Position numbers and translations under genes: made by a program. A DNA stretch of 64,000 nt from an uncultured bacterium (GTDB taxonomy: Bacteria; Verrucomicrobiota; Lentisphaeria; Victivallales; UBA1829): the NCBI GenBank assembly GCA_900549415.1, contig URNX01000007.1:1249-65248 (forward strand), read 5' to 3'. The notes under the pieces are model-generated. The model had not been told where the DNA came from, searched no databases, and saw nothing but the letters and a program-made list of their open reading frames with translations. Shown piece by piece: positions 10,406 through 22,335 of the stretch (positions within the stretch are counted from its first letter, which is position 1; each line of letters begins with the position of its first letter).

Positions 10406-10960
10406 ATGCTGATTGGCGGTATTGTTCTCGGAGTTGTCATCATCCTTCTGATCGTGATGTTCAACTCGCTGGTTATGAAACGCAATGCGGTTGACAATGC
10501 GTTCGCCGCGATTGATGCACAGCTGAAAAAACGCTGCGATTTGATCCCGAACCTTGTTGCCTCTGCAAAGGCATACATGAAGCATGAATCGGAAACGCTT
10601 ACAAACATCACCGCATTGCGTTCGCAGGCGATGAAGCCGGATCTGACTCCGGAAGAAAAGATTCAGCTTGACAACAAAATTACCGGCGCAATGCGCGGCT
10701 TCATGGTGCAGATGGAAAGTTATCCCGGTCTCAAGGCTTCGGACAACGTTCAGATGCTGATGCGTTCTCTGAACGAAGTCGAGGAGCAGCTTTCCGCCGC
10801 GCGCCGCACCTACAATGCGGCTGTGACGGAGTTCAATAACTCGATTCAGGTTTTCCCCGCCTGTGTTTTTGCCGGAATGATGGGCTTCACGAAGAAAGAG
10901 CTCTTTTCGATTCCGGAAGCGGAGCGTGCAAACCCGAATGTCGGTCAGCTCTTTAACTGA
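10406..10960 (+). CDS. lemA: LemA family membrane protein
   Basis: 184 aa, N-terminal TM then NAVDNAFAAIDAQLKKRCDLIPNLV... and ...RRTYNAAVTEFNNSIQVFP, typical of LemA. Confidence 0.88.
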   Translation: MLIGGIVLGVVIILLIVMFNSLVMKRNAVDNAFAAIDAQLKKRCDLIPNLVASAKAYMKHESETLTNITALRSQAMKPDLTPEEKIQLDNKITGAMRGFMVQMESYPGLKASDNVQMLMRSLNEVEEQLSAARRTYNAAVTEFNNSIQVFPACVFAGMMGFTKKELFSIPEAERANPNVGQLFN

Positions 10961-10971
10961 AGGAGCTGATT

Positions 10972-11952
10972 ATGGCGGATGAAGCGTTCCGGAAATTTTA
11001 CGAAGCGGAACTCGCCGGATCTCTTGACGAAATCCGGCGCATCCGCACTCAACACGCCCGCAGTTCCAAGCGGGCGGCGTTTGTCATTCTGATAATTTTT
11101 CTGATTCTTGGAGTTCTGCTTTTTGCGGCTCCTGAAGATTTTTCCCTGCTGGTTCTGCTTGGACTGGGCGGGTGCGTGGTTGCCTGGATCATCTGTCTGT
11201 TCTGCTATTTCGGCGGCGGAAAGGAAAAACGGGCGTTCAAAGAGATTGTTGTTCCGCAGATTATAAAATTTTTTGATCCTTCGCTGGAATTCCATCCGGA
11301 TCGCATGGTTCCTTCGAAACTTTATGACCTTTCGGGACTTTTTGCCCAGGAGTGGGATGATTACGACGGCGAAGATTTTGTTTCCGGCTTTTACAAAGGC
11401 GTTGAGGTGATGTTCTCTGAGCTCAAAACCGAGTATGAGACCGAATCGACGGACGATGAGGGAAACACGACCCGGACAACGCATACGATTTTTGATGGAG
11501 TGTTCTTCGTTGCGGATTTTCATAAAGATTTCAAATACCGGACCTATGTGCTTCCCGATGTGGCGGAAAAATATTTCGGAAAACTGCTTGGAGGATTCTT
11601 TCAGAAATGCAATGTCTTCCAGTCCGGGAAACTGATCAAACTGGAGAATGTGGAATTCGAAAAGGAATTTGCCGTCTATGCGGATGATCCCGTGGAGGCG
11701 CGTTACATTCTTTCTCCGCTCCTGATGGAGCGTCTGTTGGTCTTGCGCAAGCGTTTTGCCTGTCCGCTCCAGATTGCATTCGTCGATTCGTGCATGTTTA
11801 TCGCCATTTCAACCAAAGAGGATTTTTTCGAGCTGAGCTCTCTGAAGAATTTTGATATTACAGTTGCGGAACACTGCAAGAATGAACTGGAAATGTTTCT
11901 GAAAATTGTCGAGGAATTGAACCTTGACCGGAGAATCTGGTCTAAGCAATAG
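10972..11952 (+). CDS. DUF3137-like membrane protein (LemA-associated)
   Basis: 326 aa, two N-terminal TM segments then a globular domain. Family assignment is from memory of DUF3137 architecture and its usual position after lemA. Confidence 0.6.
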   Translation: MADEAFRKFYEAELAGSLDEIRRIRTQHARSSKRAAFVILIIFLILGVLLFAAPEDFSLLVLLGLGGCVVAWIICLFCYFGGGKEKRAFKEIVVPQIIKFFDPSLEFHPDRMVPSKLYDLSGLFAQEWDDYDGEDFVSGFYKGVEVMFSELKTEYETESTDDEGNTTRTTHTIFDGVFFVADFHKDFKYRTYVLPDVAEKYFGKLLGGFFQKCNVFQSGKLIKLENVEFEKEFAVYADDPVEARYILSPLLMERLLVLRKRFACPLQIAFVDSCMFIAISTKEDFFELSSLKNFDITVAEHCKNELEMFLKIVEELNLDRRIWSKQ

Positions 11953-11967
11953 ACGGAGGTCTTTGCG

Positions 11968-12471
11968 ATGAACATAAATTCGGCTGTTTCGAACTTCTTT
12001 TTCCCGAAGTTGACTCGCGCTTTCGCGGTGCGTCTGCTTTGCATAGTTGTGTTCTGTTTCGTGTTTTTCAAATTTATCTGCAAACCTGTCTGGCTGAACG
12101 GCGGGAGCATGGAGCCGAACTATCATTCGGGCTCGTTCAATTTCTGCTGGACGCCGGTCTACTGGTTCCGCGATCCGCGGGCGGGGGATGTCGTTGCGCT
12201 CCGCTATGAGGGCGACCGCGTAATGCTGCTGAAACGCATCATCGCGGGGGAGGGCGACACCGTGGAGTTCCGGCACGGCATTCTTTATGTCAACGGGAAG
12301 GCGCTGGATGAGCCATATGTGAAATTCAATGAAGGAAAATGGAATCTTCCGCCGCGCAAGGTTGCCGCGGGGAATGTCTATGTGGTCGGCGACAACCGCG
12401 GAATGCCGATCGAACAACATAAATTCGGACAGATCCGCAAGTCCAGAATTCAGGGAACGCTTCTTTTATGA
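11968..12471 (+). CDS. lepB: signal peptidase I (S26 family)
   Basis: 167 aa; TM anchor, GGSMEPN (catalytic Ser), LLKRIIAGEGD (catalytic Lys box), VVGDNRG. Confidence 0.85.
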   Translation: MNINSAVSNFFFPKLTRAFAVRLLCIVVFCFVFFKFICKPVWLNGGSMEPNYHSGSFNFCWTPVYWFRDPRAGDVVALRYEGDRVMLLKRIIAGEGDTVEFRHGILYVNGKALDEPYVKFNEGKWNLPPRKVAAGNVYVVGDNRGMPIEQHKFGQIRKSRIQGTLLL

Positions 12472-12974
12472 AAAAGAAATGGTGTATTCTTTCCGTACTC
12501 CTTCTCATTGCCGCTGGAGCTGCCGCCTGTTTTTTTCTCTTTGCTGAAAAAGAAGAGTCGAAGATCAAACGCTCGTTCGGAGAGCTTTCCGCGACAGTGC
12601 GCAAGAGCGGAAATGAAGGTATGCTGGTGTCGCTGGAAAAGGCGAAGACAGCATCAAAGTTTTTTGATGAGTTCTGTGCGCTCAAGCTCGAAAACATTCC
12701 GCAGGGCGTTGGTCGGATGTCGCGTGACAATATCGCCTCCAACACGGCGATGCTCCGTAAGTATTTTGACCGGATGGATATATCTTTTTATGATATGGAA
12801 GTTTTTGTGGAACCGGACGGTGCGGAAGCGCGGATGAGTTTCACCGCCGTGTTTAAAGGAAGCGGCTCCGGACGCAGTGTCGAGGAGCCGCGGGAGATGG
12901 ATGCGGAACTTGTAAAGAAGAGCGGACGGTGGCTGATCCGCTCTCTCGCGTTCCGCGAAGTGATTCAGAAGTAA
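12468..12974 (+). CDS. hypothetical membrane-anchored/secreted protein (possibly NTF2-like fold)
   Basis: 168 aa, N-terminal MKKKWCILSVLLLIAAGAAACFFLF anchor; ATGA overlap with lepB; no family recognised. Confidence 0.55.
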   Translation: MKKKWCILSVLLLIAAGAAACFFLFAEKEESKIKRSFGELSATVRKSGNEGMLVSLEKAKTASKFFDEFCALKLENIPQGVGRMSRDNIASNTAMLRKYFDRMDISFYDMEVFVEPDGAEARMSFTAVFKGSGSGRSVEEPREMDAELVKKSGRWLIRSLAFREVIQK

Positions 12975-12976
12975 GC

Positions 12977-14386
12977 TCAGAGCTCTTCTTCTGCTGCGCC
13001 GGTCGCATTGACTTTGGCGCATTCCGGGTCGGTTTCGTCAAGACGTCCTTCCCAGAGATAGTATTTCGTTTCGTCGTAAATGACCTTGCTGAGGGCGAAG
13101 AGCGAAATGATGTTCGGAATCGCCATCAGACCATTCGCTATATCGGAAATATTCCAGACAAGCTCAAGGTTCAGTACAGCACCGCCGAAAACGAGCAGGA
13201 TGTACGCCGGGCGGTAGACCTGGAAGAGCTTGTTCCCGCCGAGGTAGTGCACCGCCTGACGGCCGTAGCAGAACCAGCCGATAATCGTGGTATATGCGAA
13301 GATCACCAGCGCAATGCCGAGCACATATTCACCGACATAGGGAATCTGGCTGAAGGCAAGACGCGGCAGCTCAATTGCTTTGAATTTCGTGAAATCAGCA
13401 TCCAGGTTGTGGTGAAGAACCGTCGAGACAATCGCCACGCCGGTGAGAGCGCAGACACAGACCGTATCCCAGAAAGTACCGGAGGAGGAGATCAGCGCCT
13501 GACGCACCGGGTTCGCGCTCTTCGCGCTTGCCGCGATCATCGGAGCGGAACCGAGACCGGATTCGTTGGAGAAGAGACCGCGCGCCACACCGTAGCGAAG
13601 GGCCATCATCAGCATGGTTCCGAAGAAGCCGCCGCCGATAGCCTTCAGGCTGAATGCGCTGGTGATAATCAGCTTGAGCGCGGGAAGGAGGGTCTGATAG
13701 TTGATAATAATGATTGTGAAGCAGCCGAGCACATAGAGAATCGCCATGAACGGAACCAGGGTTCCGCAGACTCGGGAGATGAACTTGAGTCCGCCCCAGA
13801 CGATTGCGGCGATCAGAATCGCTTCGAGGATTCCGGTTGCCATCGGGGGAATGTGGAAGACTTCCGCAGAGTAGCCGGAAACGGCGTTGCTCTGCACCAT
13901 GCTTCCGATACCCGTGCAGGCCATCAGAGTGAAGACGGCAAAACAGATTGCAAGCGGTTTGCAGTGCATTGCGCGCTCCATGACATACATCGGACCGCCG
14001 CGGATGAAACCGTCCTCGCCGACAAACCGGTATTTAACCGAGAGGAGAGTTTCTCCGTATTTTGTTGCGATTCCGAAAATGCCGCAGAGCCAGCACCAGA
14101 ACACCGCGCCGGGACCGCCGAGGACGATCGCGGTTGCCACACCGATGATGTTTCCGGTTCCGATGGTTGCCGCCAGCGCAATGGAGAGTGCGCCGTAGTG
14201 GGAGATCTCGCCGACCGCATTCGGATCTTTCTGAAGACTCAGACGGATCGCCAGAGGAATGTACCGCTGGATGAATTTGAGGCGGAAGGTGAGAAAGAGG
14301 TGACCTCCGACGAGCAGTACCAGGAGCGGAATGCCCCAGAGAAACGAGTCGAAGGCGCTGACAAGGTCAGCGAATGTTTTCATCAT
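12977..14386 (-). CDS. alanine/glycine:cation symporter (AGCS family)
   Basis: 469 aa; ...ALAATIGTGNIIGVATAIVLGGPGAVFWCW... is the AGCS hallmark. Confidence 0.9.
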   Translation of the reverse strand: MMKTFADLVSAFDSFLWGIPLLVLLVGGHLFLTFRLKFIQRYIPLAIRLSLQKDPNAVGEISHYGALSIALAATIGTGNIIGVATAIVLGGPGAVFWCWLCGIFGIATKYGETLLSVKYRFVGEDGFIRGGPMYVMERAMHCKPLAICFAVFTLMACTGIGSMVQSNAVSGYSAEVFHIPPMATGILEAILIAAIVWGGLKFISRVCGTLVPFMAILYVLGCFTIIIINYQTLLPALKLIITSAFSLKAIGGGFFGTMLMMALRYGVARGLFSNESGLGSAPMIAASAKSANPVRQALISSSGTFWDTVCVCALTGVAIVSTVLHHNLDADFTKFKAIELPRLAFSQIPYVGEYVLGIALVIFAYTTIIGWFCYGRQAVHYLGGNKLFQVYRPAYILLVFGGAVLNLELVWNISDIANGLMAIPNIISLFALSKVIYDETKYYLWEGRLDETDPECAKVNATGAAEEEL

Positions 14387-14429
14387 TTTCCTTTGTTGCT
14401 TTCTGTTGTTATTTGTTGTTTTGGAGGGA

Positions 14430-15167
14430 TTACATAGTAAACGCCGGACCGAGATAGAGGCGGCGCGCTTCCGGGTCGTTGATCAGGAAGTCGCTGGCAC
14501 CCTCGCAGAGGATTTCGCCCTTGCACATCAGATATGCGCGGTCGACGCATGCGAGAGTTTCGCGGACGTTGTGGTCGGTGATCAGAATGCCGAGGTTTTT
14601 CTCTTTCAGCTGACGGATGATCTGCTGAACTTCGTACACGGAGATCGGGTCGACGCCGCTGAAGGGCTCGTCGAGCAGAATGAACGAAGGATTGGTGACA
14701 AGCGCGCGGGTGATTTCCAGTCTGCGGCGTTCTCCGCCGGAGAGAGTCATGGCCTTCTGCTTGGCAAGATGCGTCAGCGCGAGCTCATCGAGCAGGGCGG
14801 CGAGACGCTGTTTGCGTTCTTTCCCGGAGATGTCAAGCGTTTCGAGAATCGCCATGATATTGTCTTCCACGGAAAGTTTGCGGAAGATGGAGGGATCCTG
14901 CGCGAGGTATCCCATGCCCATACGCGCACGGATGTACATCGGAACCTGGGAGATGTCCACGCCTTTGAAATGGATCGTTCCGCCATCGGGACGGATCAGC
15001 CCCATGATCATGTAGAAGCTCGTGGTCTTGCCCGCGCCGTTCGGACCGAGCAGACCGACGACTTCGCCGCTGCGGACGTTGATATTGACATTTGAAACAA
15101 CGGTTCTGCCCTTGTAAGTCTTCTTCAGACCGTGGGCATCCATCAGAAGTTCATGTTCTTCCGCCAT
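14430..15167 (-). CDS. lptB: LPS export ABC transporter ATP-binding protein
   Basis: 245 aa; GPNGAGKTT, LSGGERRRLEITRAL, ILLDEPFSGVDP; sits after lptC-lptA. Confidence 0.9.
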   Translation of the reverse strand: MAEEHELLMDAHGLKKTYKGRTVVSNVNINVRSGEVVGLLGPNGAGKTTSFYMIMGLIRPDGGTIHFKGVDISQVPMYIRARMGMGYLAQDPSIFRKLSVEDNIMAILETLDISGKERKQRLAALLDELALTHLAKQKAMTLSGGERRRLEITRALVTNPSFILLDEPFSGVDPISVYEVQQIIRQLKEKNLGILITDHNVRETLACVDRAYLMCKGEILCEGASDFLINDPEARRLYLGPAFTM

Positions 15168-15179
15168 GATTCCGTTCCT

Positions 15180-15755
15180 TTATTTGCTGCCGATTTCAGT
15201 GGACTGGATCGTGGCGTTGACGACTTCGACGCGTTCGGATTCCAGGTGCAGAGTGATGATTTCGCCGCGGACGCGCGATTTGCCTTTGATGACGAGCGGT
15301 TTTTCCAGGAGCGTAATGGAATTTTCCTTCACGTCATAGACCGCTTTCCCGGCAAAAGCTTTCTGTTCTTCACCGTTGGAGAGCGGCGCTTTGCGTGTGA
15401 TGACGACATCTTCGCTGCATTCGATGCGGGAGAGTTCTTTGCTGCCGATGGGATTTTCTTCATCCGTCTTTGCTGTTTTTTCCGGAGCCTTTTCTTTCTT
15501 TTCCGCTTCCTGGAGGAAGATTGTCATTTTGCGGCAGGTGATCAGCATCTCCGGGTTGTCGACAAGGACATTGCCGAGGAAGGTTGCCTTGTTGTTGGCA
15601 ATATCAAGGTCCATGGCGTCGGCATTGATGGTCGTGGGGGCGTCGCTGTTTTTTTTGTTGTCGCGCTTTGCCGCGCTGAAAAGCGAGATCTGGGAATATG
15701 CGGGAATCTGTGCGGCGAGCAGCAGAACGGCGGCGATAAGGAGGGATTTTTTCAT
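15180..15755 (-). CDS. lptA: LptA/OstA-like periplasmic LPS transport protein
   Basis: 191 aa with signal peptide MKKSLLIAAVLLLAAQIPAYSQ; OstA-N-like beta-jellyroll sequence; context lptC-lptA-lptB. Confidence 0.7.
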   Translation of the reverse strand: MKKSLLIAAVLLLAAQIPAYSQISLFSAAKRDNKKNSDAPTTINADAMDLDIANNKATFLGNVLVDNPEMLITCRKMTIFLQEAEKKEKAPEKTAKTDEENPIGSKELSRIECSEDVVITRKAPLSNGEEQKAFAGKAVYDVKENSITLLEKPLVIKGKSRVRGEIITLHLESERVEVVNATIQSTEIGSK

Positions 15756-16324
15756 TTTTTCTCCGTGGATTGAGTGGTGTTCTTGTTCGCGGGCTTCTTT
15801 CCGGCCAGGGAACGGATGATGACTTTTACATTACTGCGGATATGGATGAGACGCTTGTTGACATCGGCGTCAAATCCTTTTCCCTGCAGATCCAGTTCGG
15901 GGGAGAGAAAGAGAATCTCGTCGTCGCCGCGCAGGATCTGTGTATTTTTATCATATTCCGCTCCGGGAGTTGTAACGACGGCCTGCGAGGTTCCGTGTTT
16001 GCTCCAGAAGTCCTGAACAGTTTTTGAATCGGCACCGAAAGGGTAGAGCGGCTGTCCGAGAAGAGGTTTGACTTTGAAAATGTCGGTGTTTCTGCGGACG
16101 ATGTCAAGAACCGGTTCCTCAAGATTGACGATTGCTCCGAGGTTCTGCGCTTTCCGTCCGTAGATGATGCCCAGAAGTTCCGTTCCGCCTTTTTTGTATT
16201 CGGGCAGGGCGAAATTCTGCATGGTCGCAGCCATTCCGAGATTGCTCTGCGCGGCAAGCGAGCAGGTGACGGAAACAAGCGCGGGAATCAGAAATCGAAA
16301 TAGCGAGCCATGAGAGAATCCCAT
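15752..16324 (-). CDS. lptC: LptC-like membrane-anchored protein
   Basis: 190 aa, N-terminal anchor. Call rests mainly on position between kdsC and lptA; the start is uncertain (37-nt overlap with kdsC). Confidence 0.5.
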   Translation of the reverse strand: MGFSHGSLFRFLIPALVSVTCSLAAQSNLGMAATMQNFALPEYKKGGTELLGIIYGRKAQNLGAIVNLEEPVLDIVRRNTDIFKVKPLLGQPLYPFGADSKTVQDFWSKHGTSQAVVTTPGAEYDKNTQILRGDDEILFLSPELDLQGKGFDADVNKRLIHIRSNVKVIIRSLAGKKPANKNTTQSTEKK

Positions 16325-16815
16325 CTGCCTTGCTCCTTCAGTAAGAATTCGACGGCTTCACGGACAGCGCCGTTTCCGCCGTTGTGACGGGTGCGGAGAT
16401 CCGCGACCCGGTCAAGCTCCGGAACTGCGTCGCCGACGGCAACCGCGAGCCCGCAGAGACGCATGGGCTGGGCGTCCACAATGTCATCGCCGATATACAT
16501 GCACTCTTCCGGAAGAAGGTTCTGGTCGGCGAGCAGTTTTTCAATGCCGGCTTTCTTGTCCAGAATTCCAGTATAGAAAAAGTCCATCTTCAGTTCTTTC
16601 GCCCGGTGCTCGTTTGCAAAAGAGGCGCGTCCGGAGAGCACGCCGACTTTGAGTCCTGCGCGGCGGGCGAGAACAACGCCATGCCCATCGCGCACATGGA
16701 AGAACTTGATTTCCTCCATGGAGCCGCAGCCGTAACCGATGCGCCCGTCTGTGAGGACACCATCGATGTCAAGCACGATGGCTTTGATGCGGAGAGCTTT
16801 GTCATGCAATGTCAT
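16288..16815 (-). CDS. kdsC: 3-deoxy-D-manno-octulosonate 8-phosphate phosphatase (HAD)
   Basis: 175 aa; [28 protein letters not shown] motifs typical of KdsC. Confidence 0.88.
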   Translation of the reverse strand: MTLHDKALRIKAIVLDIDGVLTDGRIGYGCGSMEEIKFFHVRDGHGVVLARRAGLKVGVLSGRASFANEHRAKELKMDFFYTGILDKKAGIEKLLADQNLLPEECMYIGDDIVDAQPMRLCGLAVAVGDAVPELDRVADLRTRHNGGNGAVREAVEFLLKEQGRWDSLMARYFDF

Positions 16816-17611
16816 GGATCTGCTTCACTTTCGCTAGAAGAGTCTTGACATCATCGAGGCGGATGGAGTTGGGGCCGTCGGAGAGAGCTTTGTCCGGATC
16901 CGGGTGAACTTCCATGAAAATGGCGTCGATTCCAACCGCCGCCGCGGCGCGGCTGAGAGCAGGGATAAACTGACGCTGTCCGCCGGAGCAGGTGCCGAGC
17001 CCGCCGGGAAGCTGAACCGAATGCGTGGCGTCAAAAACGACAGGAACATTGAATTCCCGCATGGTCTGAAGTCCGCGGAAATCAACGGTGAGATTGTGGT
17101 ATCCGAACGTAGTTCCGCGCTCGGTGAGCATGATACCGGAGCAGTTCGCCTGTTCCAGCTTTTTGACGACGCCCGCCATGTCTTCGGGCGCGAGAAACTG
17201 TCCTTTTTTGACGTTGACGGGAAGCCCCGTCTGCGCCGCTGCAACAAGCAGATCGGTCTGACGGCAGAGGAACGCAGGAATCTGGAGGAGATCGACGACT
17301 TCCGCGGCTTTGCGGGCCTGTTCCGGTTCATGAATATCTGTAACGACGGGAACGCCGATCTGTTCTTTCACCGTTTTCAGAATTTCAAGTCCTTTTTCAA
17401 GTCCTGGACCGCGATAGGAGGTTATGGAAGAGCGGTTCGCCTTATCGAATGAAGCTTTGAAGATATATCCGAGCCCCAGTTCACGGCAGATTTCTTTCAT
17501 CTTTCCGGCAACTTCGAGGCAGAGTTCAAGCGATTCCGCAACGCACGGTCCGGCGAGAACAGCGAGCTTTCCGGCTCCGATTTCCACATCAGCAATGTTT
17601 ACTGTCCGCAT
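16802..17611 (-). CDS. kdsA: 2-dehydro-3-deoxyphosphooctonate aldolase (KDO8P synthase)
   Basis: ORF trimmed to [27 protein letters not shown]...; ...[12 protein letters not shown]..., ...[11 protein letters not shown]... Confidence 0.92.
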   Translation of the reverse strand: MRTVNIADVEIGAGKLAVLAGPCVAESLELCLEVAGKMKEICRELGLGYIFKASFDKANRSSITSYRGPGLEKGLEILKTVKEQIGVPVVTDIHEPEQARKAAEVVDLLQIPAFLCRQTDLLVAAAQTGLPVNVKKGQFLAPEDMAGVVKKLEQANCSGIMLTERGTTFGYHNLTVDFRGLQTMREFNVPVVFDATHSVQLPGGLGTCSGGQRQFIPALSRAAAAVGIDAIFMEVHPDPDKALSDGPNSIRLDDVKTLLAKVKQIHDIA

Positions 17612-17764
17612 GAAAAATCCTTTGTTGAAAAAATTATAGACAATATCATACGGTAATATAGAACCTTTTTTGCAGAAACGCAAGGAGGTTTTTCAAAAAC
17701 ATGCTTGAATATTGCATAAAATACTGTATTTTAAAAAGAAAAATTTCAAAGAAGGAATGATCTC

Positions 17765-18955
17765 ATGAGTCTTGTTACAGAACAGGTCAACGGCTTCATG
17801 GCAAATTCTTCCTGGATCCGGAAGATGTTTGAAGCGGGAATTGAACTCAAAAAGAAATACGGAAACGATGCAGTCTGCGACTTCAGTCTGGGCAACCCCG
17901 ACCTTCCGCCGCCGGCGACGGTCAAACAGGCGCTTTTCGGAATCGCGGAAAAGGCGGATCAGCCGTTCTCGCTCGGCTACATGCCGAACGCCGGTTTCGC
18001 AGACGTCCGCGAAATTGTCGCGAAGAAGATTACGGAAGAACAGAAGACTCCGATTTCCGGTTCGCATGTCATCATGTCCTGCGGTGCGGCGGGCGGACTC
18101 AATGCGCTGTTCCGCGCGATTCTGACGCCGGGCAGCGAGGTGATCTGTCCCTCTCCGTACTTTGTGGAATACGGTTTTTATGCGGGCAACTTCGGCGGCA
18201 AGCTGGTTCCTGTTCCCTCAAAAGACTTCACATTCGAACTGGATGTCGATGCTCTGATCGCCGCAGTCACACCGCGTACCCGCGCCGTGATTCTGAACTC
18301 GCCGCACAACCCGACGGGACAGATTTACTCACGCCGCGAGTTGGATGTTTTCGGTGCGCGTCTCGCGGAAGCCGCACGTAAAAACAACACGGAAATCTGC
18401 CTGATTGCCGATGAGCCGTACCGTTTCCTGAATTTCGACAATGTCGAAATTCCGTCGCTCTTCTCCGTCTATGCGAACAGCGTGGTGATTGGTTCCTACT
18501 CCAAGAATCTCTCGCTCGCGGGAGAACGTATCGGCTATGTCGCAGTGAACCCCGCGATGCCCTGCGCGGAAGAACTGATCCGTGCGGTGACTCTGACGAC
18601 GCGTATTCTCGGTTATGTGAATGCGCCGACCGTTGCACAGCAGATTCTGAAATCCTGCATTGATTCGCAGGTCGATCTGAACATCTACCGCGAGCGCCGC
18701 GCCGCCATGGCGAAGGTGCTGGACGACGCCGGAATCGAATACACGATGCCGCGCGGTGCCTTCTACTTCTTCCCGCGTTCCCCGCTCGCGGATGAAAGCA
18801 AGTTCATCGAAAAACTGGTTGAAGAACGGATTCTTGCGGTTCCCGGACGCGGCTTCGGCTGTCCCGGTTACATCCGTCTTGCGTTCTGCGTAAGCAAAGA
18901 GATTATCGAGCGCTCCGCAGAGGGATTCAAGCGGGCTGTCAGAAACTGCAAATAA
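17765..18955 (+). CDS. PLP-dependent aminotransferase, class I/II (aspartate aminotransferase-like)
   Basis: 396 aa; ...SLGNPDLPPP..., NSPHNPTG, SYSKNLSLAGERIGY (PLP lysine). Confidence 0.88.
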   Translation: MSLVTEQVNGFMANSSWIRKMFEAGIELKKKYGNDAVCDFSLGNPDLPPPATVKQALFGIAEKADQPFSLGYMPNAGFADVREIVAKKITEEQKTPISGSHVIMSCGAAGGLNALFRAILTPGSEVICPSPYFVEYGFYAGNFGGKLVPVPSKDFTFELDVDALIAAVTPRTRAVILNSPHNPTGQIYSRRELDVFGARLAEAARKNNTEICLIADEPYRFLNFDNVEIPSLFSVYANSVVIGSYSKNLSLAGERIGYVAVNPAMPCAEELIRAVTLTTRILGYVNAPTVAQQILKSCIDSQVDLNIYRERRAAMAKVLDDAGIEYTMPRGAFYFFPRSPLADESKFIEKLVEERILAVPGRGFGCPGYIRLAFCVSKEIIERSAEGFKRAVRNCK

Positions 18956-18977
18956 GCGCTTCTCCGAAAAACATAAA

Positions 18978-19022
18978 CGCCGCCGGAACGGATTTGGATC
19001 CAGTTCCGGCGGCGCTTTTTTT
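18978..19022. terminator. bidirectional rho-independent terminator between convergent genes
   Basis: Perfect 12-bp stem CGCCGCCGGAAC (18978-18989) / GTTCCGGCGGCG (19003-19014) followed by T7 on the plus strand; T-rich on the minus side too. Confidence 0.8.
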
Positions 19023-19038
19023 GACACACAGAATTTTA

Positions 19039-20148
19039 TCAGATCGTCACAAGTTCGTATTCGCGCGTTCCGAGTCCGATTTTGACTGCATGGTCAAGCT
19101 GAAGCTCCCAGTTTGTTTCGGGAGAAACATCCTTGAAGTGGTCGTGGTGATGATCGCCATGTTCCGCAAGGACGCTGTCCGCAAGCGGTTTCTGGCGGTT
19201 CACCGCATCCGCACACGCCTGATCCAGAGCAACAGGGTCGAACGAAGCGAACATTCCGATATTCGGGACAATCGGGACGTCGTTTTCAGGGTGGCAGTCA
19301 CAGTACGGAGAGACGTCCATCACAAGACTGATATGGAACTGCGGACGGCCGTGGACAACCGCGAGCGCGTATTCCGCCATCTTCTTGTCGAGCAGTCCCT
19401 GTTCCTGTCCCCGTGACGGTTCAATGGCGTCTTTCGGACAGACTCCGATGCAGCGTCCGCAGCCGACGCACCTGTTGTGGTCGATCGACGCTTTTCCGCC
19501 GGTGAAGGTCGGGGCGCCATGCGCGCAGATTTTCGCGCAATTGTGACAGCCGACGCAGAGTTCCTGTTTGACAGTCGGTTTGCCGTCGCAGTGCTGTTCC
19601 ATTTTTCCGGCGCGGGAGCCGCAGCCCATGCCGATGTTCTTGAGTGCGCCGCCGAAACCGGTCATTTCGTGTCCCTTGAAATGATTCAGGGAGATGAAAA
19701 TGTCGGCGTCCATGATGGCGCGTCCGATTTTCGCCTCTTTGACGTATTCTCCGTTCGGGACGGGGACGGCGACGTCATCGGTTCCCTTGAGACCGTCGCC
19801 GATGATGATGTGGCATCCGGTCGTGTAGGGCGTGAAACCGTTGCGGTAGGCTGTTTCGATATGTTCCAGCGCATGTTTGCGGGAACCGACGTAAAGGGTG
19901 TTGCAGTCGGTCAGGAACGGATGGCCTCCGAGTTTTTTCACTTCTTCCGCAACGACCCGGGCGAAGTTCGGGCGGACGAATGAGAGATTTCCCGCTTCAC
20001 CGAAGTGGATTTTAATTGCGGCGAAACGGTCTTTGAAATCAATCCGTTCGATTCCGGCCTTGCGCATGAGACACTGGAGCTTGGTGAGCAGATTGTCGCC
20101 GAACGCCTTGACACGCATGCTGGTGAAATAGACTTTCGCTTTTTCCAT
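19039..20148 (-). CDS. DUF362 domain protein with 4Fe-4S ferredoxin-type dicluster insert
   Basis: Start set to the second ATG (MEKAKVYFTSMRV...), 6 nt after GGAGGA; CVGCHNCAKICAHGA and CVGCGRCIGVCPKDA cluster motifs. Confidence 0.8.
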   Translation of the reverse strand: MEKAKVYFTSMRVKAFGDNLLTKLQCLMRKAGIERIDFKDRFAAIKIHFGEAGNLSFVRPNFARVVAEEVKKLGGHPFLTDCNTLYVGSRKHALEHIETAYRNGFTPYTTGCHIIIGDGLKGTDDVAVPVPNGEYVKEAKIGRAIMDADIFISLNHFKGHEMTGFGGALKNIGMGCGSRAGKMEQHCDGKPTVKQELCVGCHNCAKICAHGAPTFTGGKASIDHNRCVGCGRCIGVCPKDAIEPSRGQEQGLLDKKMAEYALAVVHGRPQFHISLVMDVSPYCDCHPENDVPIVPNIGMFASFDPVALDQACADAVNRQKPLADSVLAEHGDHHHDHFKDVSPETNWELQLDHAVKIGLGTREYELVTI

Positions 20149-20168
20149 CTGCATTCCTCCTTGATATG

Positions 20169-20209
20169 AAAAAGCGCCATACCGGAACATTTCTGATCCG
20201 ATATGGCGC
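20169..20209 (-). terminator. rho-independent terminator after groEL
   Basis: GCGCCATA (20174-20181) / TATGGCGC (20202-20209) stem with a long loop, then T5 on the minus strand (20169-20173). Confidence 0.6.
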
Positions 20210-20247
20210 GTGTTACACGAAAGGGTCGACTTCCTGTGCGGGATGAA

Positions 20248-21924
<1,677 letters not shown>

Positions 21925-21941
21925 TTATTGAATGTTCAGGA

Positions 21942-22238
21942 TCAGCCGATGACTGCGAGGATGTCGCTGGAGCTGACGATCTTGTAGGTCTCATCGTCAT
22001 ACTTGACTTCGGTGCCGCCGTACTTGCTGGTAAGAACGGTATCGCCGACCTTGACGTCGAACGGGATCTTGTTACCCTTGTCATCAAGTTTGCCGGTTCC
22101 GAGAGCCACAACTTTGGCTTCCTGCGGTTTTTCCTTAGCGGAATCGGGGATCAGAATTCCGCCTTTGACCTGTTCCTGGACTTCGATTGCCTGGACAAGC
22201 ACTCTGTCGCCGAGGGGCTGAATTTTAACTGTGCTCAT
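21942..22238 (-). CDS. groS: co-chaperonin GroES
   Basis: 98 aa, [47 protein letters not shown]... Confidence 0.97.
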   Translation of the reverse strand: MSTVKIQPLGDRVLVQAIEVQEQVKGGILIPDSAKEKPQEAKVVALGTGKLDDKGNKIPFDVKVGDTVLTSKYGGTEVKYDDETYKIVSSSDILAVIG

Positions 22239-22292
22239 TCAAAAACTCCTTCTTTTTGTTTTTGTATGTGTTTTGAGTTTTACAGTTTGCGT

Positions 22293-22328
22293 GAAAAACG
22301 CCGCCCGGAGGTTTCCCGCCGGGCGGCG
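22293..22328 (-). terminator. rho-independent terminator after dnaK
   Basis: Perfect 10-bp stem CGCCGCCCGG (22299-22308) / CCGGGCGGCG (22319-22328), followed by T5 on the minus strand (22294-22298). Confidence 0.8.
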
Positions 22329-22335
22329 GATTGTC

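Noticed and set aside
22239-22292. Searched the groES and dnaK upstream regions for CIRCE (TTAGCACTC-N9-GAGTGCTAA) and RpoH-type (CTTGAAA / CCCCATNT) elements.
   Set aside because: No acceptable match by eye. Reported only as a negative observation supporting the sigma-54 hypothesis. A PWM scan is needed to be sure.
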